Assembly (NCBI GenBank): GCA_037440465.1
Contig: JBBIUB010000017.1
Coordinates: forward strand, 1-24,435
Length of the DNA stretch: 24,435 nt
Source: Coprothermobacterota bacterium
GTDB taxonomy: Bacteria; Coprothermobacterota; HKB111
Direction of reading: 5' to 3'
How positions within the stretch are numbered: the first letter of the stretch is position 1; the number at the start of each line of letters is the position of its first letter. A program made the translations under genes and the position numbers. Shown here piece after piece: positions 18,348 to 24,435 of this stretch. The notes beneath the pieces are model-generated. The model saw nothing but the letters and a program-made list of their open reading frames with translations. It was not told the origin of the DNA and searched no databases.

Positions 18348-19845
18348 ACTCTGTTAGGTTCTTCCATAGATTACCAATTTTAACTGGATACTTCTTCTTT
18401 AATTCCTCAAGGAAAGCCTTTTTAGTTTCATCCTTTCTCTTTTGAAGAACTTCATCTTCTACTTTCTTGAAAGTTTCTTCGTCGTTCAGATTAGCTTCCT
18501 TTAAAGGTTTAATTGCTGTCACTTTTAGAATCTCAAAACCTTCACCGGTTCTTAATGGTTCCTTAACTATCTCCCCAATCTTAGCTGCAAAAACAAAATC
18601 ATCAAATACCTGACCTCTTACCCCTTTCCTTATATAACCCAGAGAACCACCCTTTTCTTTTGTGTCAGTATCTTCTGAATACTCCTTTGCCAACACATCA
18701 TATTTTGCCCCCTTTTTCAGCTTATTTAATACCTCAATAGCTAATGATTTCTTCTGATCTTCTTCCTCTTTAGATGCGTCTGACTTCAATGAAAATAGTA
18801 TGCGCTGAACTTCTCTTTCTTCAGGAGTGTCAAAAGTCACTTTTCTTGTATTGTGAGATATACGATGTATGATGTGAAAACCAAAGCTGGTTTTAATAAC
18901 TTCTGAGGAAATTTCACCGTCTTTGAGAGCATATGAAGCTTCTTCAAACTCCTTGACCATCTGTCCTTTTCCAAAAAATCCCAGGTCTTCATATTTAAGT
19001 TTTTCTTTGTATTCAGCCTCTTTCTCTTTAGCAAAAGTTGCGAAAACAAAACCCTCGTTACCTTTTTTCTCATTGAGTTCAGCGAGTATGGTTTCAGCAA
19101 GTTTTTTGGTGGCTTCAATGGCTTTCTCGTCCTGCTTCTCTTCTATTTTAGCCAGAAGATGCTCCGCCTTAACTTGATTAATCTCATTAAAATAATCAAC
19201 CACATCCTCTCTGATAACCTTAACATCTTTGTATTTCTCTTCAAGAACTTTATCTACTGATAGTGTAATCTTGAAATCTAAAGCTAATTTCTCTTTAAGC
19301 TTCTCTTCTGTCAGATTATTAGCTTCCAGAGCTTTTTTGAACTCATCTTCTGTTCCAAATGACTTCTTTGTATTCTCAAACTCTTCTTCGACTTTCTTAT
19401 CCAGCTCTTCTTTGCTAACCTCTAAATTATTGTCTTTTGCATACCTATAAATAAGCTGGTTCTCTATCATACCCTCTAAGATTTTATCTCTCATCCCAGA
19501 AAAGAGAGAGGCGTATTGTGCATCATTAGGGTCAATACCGTACTGCTCGTATTGGGCTTTCATGGCTTCAAATCTCTTATTGACTTCATCGGTACGAATA
19601 CTAATACCTCCAACAGTGGCTTCAGTTGAAGCTGTAAGATTATAAGCCAGTACAGCAAATCCTGACAAGAAAAGAAGGATAGTCACCAGCCCTATTGCTG
19701 TATAAGTTATGACTTTGGCAACCACATCATACTTTCTTAGCCGCTTTGGTAGCTCTTTCTTTTTATGTCCTTTCGCTGGTTCTTTTACATGCGTTACTGT
19801 TGCTTCTTGATGTCTTATCTTCTTCTGTCTGCTCTTTCGTCCCAT
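18331..19845 (-). CDS. PrsA/SurA/PpiD-like foldase: TM anchor, SurA_N-like domain and two parvulin (rotamase) domains
   Basis: Basic N-terminus plus TM helix; helical domain (ILEGMIENQLI..YA); parvulin 1 (KAEHLL..DLGFFGKGQMVKEFEE..TSFGFHII); parvulin 2 (EVQRIL..YSED..KGGSLG..TGEGFEIL); AAGGAG SD. Confidence 0.85.
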   Translation of the reverse strand: MGRKSRQKKIRHQEATVTHVKEPAKGHKKKELPKRLRKYDVVAKVITYTAIGLVTILLFLSGFAVLAYNLTASTEATVGGISIRTDEVNKRFEAMKAQYEQYGIDPNDAQYASLFSGMRDKILEGMIENQLIYRYAKDNNLEVSKEELDKKVEEEFENTKKSFGTEDEFKKALEANNLTEEKLKEKLALDFKITLSVDKVLEEKYKDVKVIREDVVDYFNEINQVKAEHLLAKIEEKQDEKAIEATKKLAETILAELNEKKGNEGFVFATFAKEKEAEYKEKLKYEDLGFFGKGQMVKEFEEASYALKDGEISSEVIKTSFGFHIIHRISHNTRKVTFDTPEEREVQRILFSLKSDASKEEEDQKKSLAIEVLNKLKKGAKYDVLAKEYSEDTDTKEKGGSLGYIRKGVRGQVFDDFVFAAKIGEIVKEPLRTGEGFEILKVTAIKPLKEANLNDEETFKKVEDEVLQKRKDETKKAFLEELKKKYPVKIGNLWKNLTEFISGR

Positions 19846-20018
19846 TTATATAACTCCTTATTCATTTTAATATTCAGTAATATTTATATTATCACACTCT
19901 TGAGGTTTCTTAACCTTGATTCTTAACTTCATAATTAACTATTCTCTATAGAACCCCTCTCTACTATCTAACTTCTTATCAAATTCACATGGTTTTATTT
20001 AGTAGAAAAATACCTATT

Positions 20019-20588
20019 TTACCTTACAAAAAGTTCTTCCAGCACTTCGTCTCCATATTCTGGAGGTCTTCTCGCCATTAAATACAATCCAGGATATGTA
20101 GATAATGTTTTAGTTATGAAAGGTTCTCTAAAACCAACCTTCTGTAAAAGTCCCTTCGCTTCTCTCAACTGGGGAAGACCACTTATAAGTCTTTCCAAAA
20201 GGTGTAAAGAAATAGTTTTAACTGATGAAAGAATTACTATCAGCATGCCTCCGTCTTTCAAAAATGCGAATGTATCCAACAGAACATCTTGAGGATAGTT
20301 AAAGAACCTTTTATATTCAAGTAAGATGACCTGATCAAAGGTTGAAAATAGATTATTACTTTTCTTTATTGAAATAAAACCTCGTTTGGACCATTTACTA
20401 AATTTGCTACCTTCCTCTTTTCCCCCGGATGAAAGCAAAAACACTTCTAAAGTAGGTTCCCCCCTCCTACCCAAGGCAAATCCAGCATATCTACCTTCCA
20501 CACTATCAAAACCAATAAGAAGAATCTTTCCCTTCCCAAGAGGAATCACTTTTACTGCTTCTTCGGCCAAACTATAATGGTTTCTCAT
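20019..20588 (-). CDS. Hypothetical protein, possibly a divergent class I SAM methyltransferase fold
   Basis: 189 aa ORF filling the gap; KILLIG, TFDQVIL, LKDGGMLIV and LQKVGF resemble class I MTase strands in the right order, but the Gly-rich motif I is not intact. Confidence 0.55.
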   Translation of the reverse strand: MRNHYSLAEEAVKVIPLGKGKILLIGFDSVEGRYAGFALGRRGEPTLEVFLLSSGGKEEGSKFSKWSKRGFISIKKSNNLFSTFDQVILLEYKRFFNYPQDVLLDTFAFLKDGGMLIVILSSVKTISLHLLERLISGLPQLREAKGLLQKVGFREPFITKTLSTYPGLYLMARRPPEYGDEVLEELFVR

Positions 20589-20609
20589 AGTTTATACTAT
20601 TATATAGAT

Positions 20610-22106
20610 ATGTCTTTTAATCGTATTCTTTTTAATATATTAATAATTATAACTTTCGCCATTATATCCTGCATTATTTTCCTTTTTATTTATCCTGTAG
20701 AATATAATCCTTATATTACCTTACATAATGAAAGTCCAACTATATACATTCCCTCTCATCTGAAAAAAAATGTCCTTCACTATGGCTCTTTTAAGAATAC
20801 CACTTCTCTTGATGAAGCTTGGTTTTTCTTGCAACCTACTCTTGAAGAAAGGGGAGGGGTTTTCAAAAAATACTTCATTCTGGCTGGTCCTCCAATGGAA
20901 GAAGAAGATAAGACAAACCTTCTTTTAACCATTTCAGATTACACTCAAGAAGCTTTTCTGGTTTACCCTGATAGAAAAGTCATCACGATGAATAGTATTG
21001 AAGATATATTACCCCTTGTTATTAACGGTAGTGGTAAAGCCTTTCTACTAATAACTGATATGATACCACCACTTAGATTAGAAAGCATAAATCCAGTTTA
21101 TTACAAACTCCACAGAGAAATAGACAATCCAATTTATCTCGTACTTTCTTATTTCTTGAAAAACCCTGTTTTTATTAAAGAGAGTGAGCCTTCATTGACT
21201 AAACTCTCTTTTGTGGGAGATATAATGTTATCCCGTGGAGTTGGGTTAAAGATTAAAGAAAATGGTTTAGACTACCCATTTATGCATGTAAAATCTTTCT
21301 TAAAAGAAGCTGATATACTATTTGGAAACCTGGAATCGTTAATCTCTGATAAAGGAAATCGTGCTAACCAACTAATCACCTTCAGGGCTAAACCGGAAAC
21401 GATAAATATTCTAATCAATTCTGATTTTACCGTTATGAGTACTGCCAATAATCATGCGCTGGACTATGGAAAAACTGCTTTACTGGACTCTCTTGATAGA
21501 TTAAAAACTTCAGGGATTGAACCTATAGGAGCAGGTAAAAATTTTGAAGAAGCATCTAAATTCGTAATTATTGAGAAAAATGATGTCAAGGTAGGTTTCT
21601 TAGCTTATAATGAGGTTCCACCTGCCGGACTTTCTGCTACAATTAATACCCCTGGAGTGAACTTTCTTGAAAAGGAGAGGGCTATAAGAGAAGTCAGGGA
21701 ATTAGATAAAAAAGTGGATATACTGGTTGTCTCACTTCACTGGGGGTTAGAGTACACCCATGAACCTACCAGTAAGCAGATAGAGCTAACACATCAACTG
21801 TTAAGAGAAGGCGTTGACTTAATAATTGGCCACCACCCTCATGTCCTGCAACCTATTAATGTTGTAGAAGGAAAAATAGTAGCCTATTCACTTGGTAATT
21901 TCCTTTTTGATCAGAATTTCTCTGAAGAAACATCAACTGGAGGCATTCTTACAGTTCTGGTTCACGATTCTCGCCTAATCAGCCTGGAATTTAAACCTAC
22001 CTTCATAAAAAAAGAGCAACTTCTATGGATAAAAGAATCTATTAAAGTTTCAAATATTAGAAAGATTTTAAAATTTAATATTTTTAAAGATTTCTATAGC
22101 CCTTAG
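20610..22106 (+). CDS. CapA/PGA_cap-family metallophosphoesterase with an N-terminal TM and an unknown ~180 aa domain
   Basis: [42 protein letters not shown]. Start is ATG 20610 (preferred because it avoids overlap with the divergent ORF) or 20577. Confidence 0.88.
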   Translation: MSFNRILFNILIIITFAIISCIIFLFIYPVEYNPYITLHNESPTIYIPSHLKKNVLHYGSFKNTTSLDEAWFFLQPTLEERGGVFKKYFILAGPPMEEEDKTNLLLTISDYTQEAFLVYPDRKVITMNSIEDILPLVINGSGKAFLLITDMIPPLRLESINPVYYKLHREIDNPIYLVLSYFLKNPVFIKESEPSLTKLSFVGDIMLSRGVGLKIKENGLDYPFMHVKSFLKEADILFGNLESLISDKGNRANQLITFRAKPETINILINSDFTVMSTANNHALDYGKTALLDSLDRLKTSGIEPIGAGKNFEEASKFVIIEKNDVKVGFLAYNEVPPAGLSATINTPGVNFLEKERAIREVRELDKKVDILVVSLHWGLEYTHEPTSKQIELTHQLLREGVDLIIGHHPHVLQPINVVEGKIVAYSLGNFLFDQNFSEETSTGGILTVLVHDSRLISLEFKPTFIKKEQLLWIKESIKVSNIRKILKFNIFKDFYSP

Positions 22107-23096
22107 AACCAGATCTCGGTTAATATCTTTGTGGGTAACAAGCCTTATGCTTGTAGTATTTATGGGGTTACAGAGAATGTTTTGTTCTTTGAGTTTTTCT
22201 ACTAGAATGTATGCATCATACCCTTCCTTAAGCTCTATCCGCACCATATTTGTCTCTACATAGGAGGGGTCAACCTTAAGATAAGAAACATCTATAAGCC
22301 CCAATGCTAGAACTTTAGCATTATCATGGTCCTCTTTCAGACGATTAACCATTGTTCTCAAAGCCACCAGACCAGCAGCTGCTATGACTCCCACCTGTCG
22401 CATACCACCACCAAGCATCTTTCGATACTTGCGGGCTCTATTTATAAAAGAACTGTCACCCACCAGAAGGGAACCCACTGGAGCTGATAAACCTTTGGAA
22501 AGGCAAAACATAACAGAGTCAGAATACCGCGTTATTTCTTTAACAGGGATGCCAAGGAAGACGCTCGCATTAAATATTCTGGCACCATCTAAATGAACGG
22601 GGATTCTATACCTTTGCCCAACTTCGTAGATATCTTTCATTACTTTTTGAGGAACCACTTTCCCCCCACCACGGTTGTGGGTATTTTCTACACATATTAG
22701 AGAAGTTCTGGGAAAATGAATATTATAAGGACGAATAGCTGCTTCCACATCCTGAGGAGACATAATACCTCTTTCTCCTTTCACTGTCCTGGCTTGAACT
22801 CCAGAAAGAACTGCCAGACCTGCCACTTCGTAATAATACATATGAGCTTCAACTTCCAGGATGATTTCGTCACCACGGTTTGTCCAAGACATTACTGCCA
22901 CCTGGTTACCCATTGTGCCAGAAGGAACAAATAAGGCTGCTTCTTTACTCATCATTGAGGCAGCAAGTTTTTCCAGTTCATTTACTGTGGGGTCGTCTCC
23001 ATAAACATCATCTCCTACCTCAGCTTTAAACATTGCTTCCCTCATTTCGGGAGTTGGGATGGTAACAGTATCACTTCTCAGGTCTATAATTTCCAT
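22068..23096 (-). CDS. ltaE: Low-specificity L-threonine aldolase (PLP-dependent)
   Basis: [44 protein letters not shown] (PLP Lys), GGGMRQ; AAGGAGG SD. Confidence 0.95.
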   Translation of the reverse strand: MEIIDLRSDTVTIPTPEMREAMFKAEVGDDVYGDDPTVNELEKLAASMMSKEAALFVPSGTMGNQVAVMSWTNRGDEIILEVEAHMYYYEVAGLAVLSGVQARTVKGERGIMSPQDVEAAIRPYNIHFPRTSLICVENTHNRGGGKVVPQKVMKDIYEVGQRYRIPVHLDGARIFNASVFLGIPVKEITRYSDSVMFCLSKGLSAPVGSLLVGDSSFINRARKYRKMLGGGMRQVGVIAAAGLVALRTMVNRLKEDHDNAKVLALGLIDVSYLKVDPSYVETNMVRIELKEGYDAYILVEKLKEQNILCNPINTTSIRLVTHKDINRDLVLRAIEIFKNIKF

Positions 23097-23256
23097 AATA
23101 ACTTGCCTCCTTTTAGTTCTTTATTATTTCTTCCTTCCCCCTCCTCCTTCTTCCTTCCACCAGGTGAGGAAAGTAACGAAGAGGGATTCTTTTACTTGTC
23201 AGCCATCACTCGTCACAAGTCACAAATCATTGTAGGGTGGGGGGTGGGTGAGGGTA

Positions 23257-24270
23257 TTATAAGGCTGGATACTTGAGGAAGTTCTTCCTAAATATTTGTT
23301 TTTTCTCATAAGATTCATAACCCAACCGAATTATCTCTTCTACCAGTTCTGTGAAACCTATACCTTCTTCTTTAGCGAGCATCGGGAACACGCTTGTAGG
23401 TGTAAAGCCTGGTATAGTGTTAATTTCACCTACTGCGATGTTATCCTTCTTGATATACATATCTACGCGGGCAAAACCCTCACAATTAACTGCTTTATAT
23501 GCGCTTAAAGAAATCTTTTGAGCTTTCGTTATTACATCTGGAGAGAGTCTGGCAGGTATATAAAAATCGGTTAAACCTGAGATGTATTTTGCTTCATAGT
23601 CATAAAATCTTTTTCTGGGAACAAACTCACAGAGGGAAAGTGCTCTTGGTTCATCATTTCCAAGAACTCCACACTCTATTTCTCCACCTTCTTTATAACC
23701 GAGGGTCATATATTCTTCAACCATAAAACGGTTTCCAAATTGAAGGGCTAAGTTTATCCCTTCTTCTAACCCATTTTTGTCATCAACCAGGCTAACACCT
23801 ATGGAAGACCCAGATACAGGGGTTTTTACTACACAAGGAAATCCAAATCTATCTTTCACTTCTTTGAATAACTTATTTTTATTATTACTAAATTCCTTTT
23901 TATCATAAAATAAAGTGGGTACTGTAGGAATATCCTCTGCCATTAAAACCCTACGAGTGATTTCCTTATTCATAGATACAGCAGACGCCAGGACTCCTGC
24001 ACCACTGTAGGGAAGATCGAGTGCTTCCAGAAAACCCTGGATTGTGCCATCTTCCCCAAAAGGTCCATGCAAGGCTATAAATGCAAACTCTCCTTTCCTG
24101 TAAAAATCAGGGTTTAGAAAGTTACCTTTCTTATCAATTACAACTTCTATTGGGTCATATATTTTGCTTTCTAACAAAGCATTGTATATTGCCTCTCCTG
24201 AGACAAGAGAAACTTCATGCTCAAAGGAAGGCCCACCCATAATAACCATCACTTTAATTTTAGAAGTCAT
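23257..24270 (-). CDS. ddl: D-alanine--D-alanine ligase
   Basis: GGPSFEHEVS, LHGPFGEDGTIQG, GSSIGV, FYDYEAKY omega loop, ARVD, EINTIPGFT; AGGAGG SD. Confidence 0.95.
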   Translation of the reverse strand: MTSKIKVMVIMGGPSFEHEVSLVSGEAIYNALLESKIYDPIEVVIDKKGNFLNPDFYRKGEFAFIALHGPFGEDGTIQGFLEALDLPYSGAGVLASAVSMNKEITRRVLMAEDIPTVPTLFYDKKEFSNNKNKLFKEVKDRFGFPCVVKTPVSGSSIGVSLVDDKNGLEEGINLALQFGNRFMVEEYMTLGYKEGGEIECGVLGNDEPRALSLCEFVPRKRFYDYEAKYISGLTDFYIPARLSPDVITKAQKISLSAYKAVNCEGFARVDMYIKKDNIAVGEINTIPGFTPTSVFPMLAKEEGIGFTELVEEIIRLGYESYEKKQIFRKNFLKYPAL

Positions 24271-24291
24271 TGTATTATCCTCCTGCTATTA

Positions 24292-24321
24292 ATTATAAAC
24301 CCGACTTTTCCTAAAAGACAA
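24292..24321 (-). promoter_or_regulatory. Putative sigma70-type promoter for ddl
   Basis: Minus strand TTGTCT-N18-TATAAT just upstream of the AGGAGG SD. Confidence 0.55.
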
Positions 24322-24435
24322 TTTTCTCCTTGAACTATTTACTTCCCTTCATGAAAAATATGGCATGAATCATAGGAAACCGAAAAGATTATCCAACCTA
24401 ACACCAATATCTGACGACTGTCCAGCCTGACCCCA

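Noticed and set aside
23097..23256. Glycine riboswitch or T-box upstream of ltaE
   Set aside because: No recognisable glycine aptamer core or T-box motif by eye; an Rfam scan would be decisive.
23257..24270. Van-type D-Ala-D-Lac ligase
   Set aside because: The omega loop reads FYDYEAKY as in ordinary D-Ala-D-Ala ligases, and there are no vanH/vanX/vanRS neighbours.
1..24435. CRISPR array, transposase, prophage, toxin-antitoxin or defence genes
   Set aside because: No regularly spaced repeats or matching protein motifs; nearly all of the sequence is accounted for by core genes.

Overview
A low-GC bacterial core-genome window with no mobile element, CRISPR array or defence system that I can support. 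Bases ~58-14899 are one tightly packed minus-strand gene run: tig-clpP-clpX-pdxS-pdxT-yebC-ruvC-ruvA-ruvB-queH-tgt-yajC-(HD-domain gene)-secD-secF-rel-dtd. Upstream on the same strand are three tRNAs (Lys-CTT, Leu-TAG, Gly-GCC) with a clear sigma70-type promoter and a probable terminator. A divergent plus-strand nfeD-floA-small membrane protein operon (yqeZ-yqfA-yqfB type) follows. The right part holds a membrane-anchored double-parvulin PrsA/SurA-like foldase, a divergent methyltransferase-like ORF placed head-to-head with a CapA-family metallophosphoesterase, ltaE and ddl. I found no convincing wholly new system. The best leads are: the uncharacterised HD hydrolase coupled between yajC and secD, queH sitting where queA usually is, the SD-less head-to-head MTase-like/CapA pair, a foldase whose second parvulin domain lacks both His residues, and a G-rich/REP-like spacer between ddl and ltaE. 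All family calls come from motif recognition by eye; no database searches were run.
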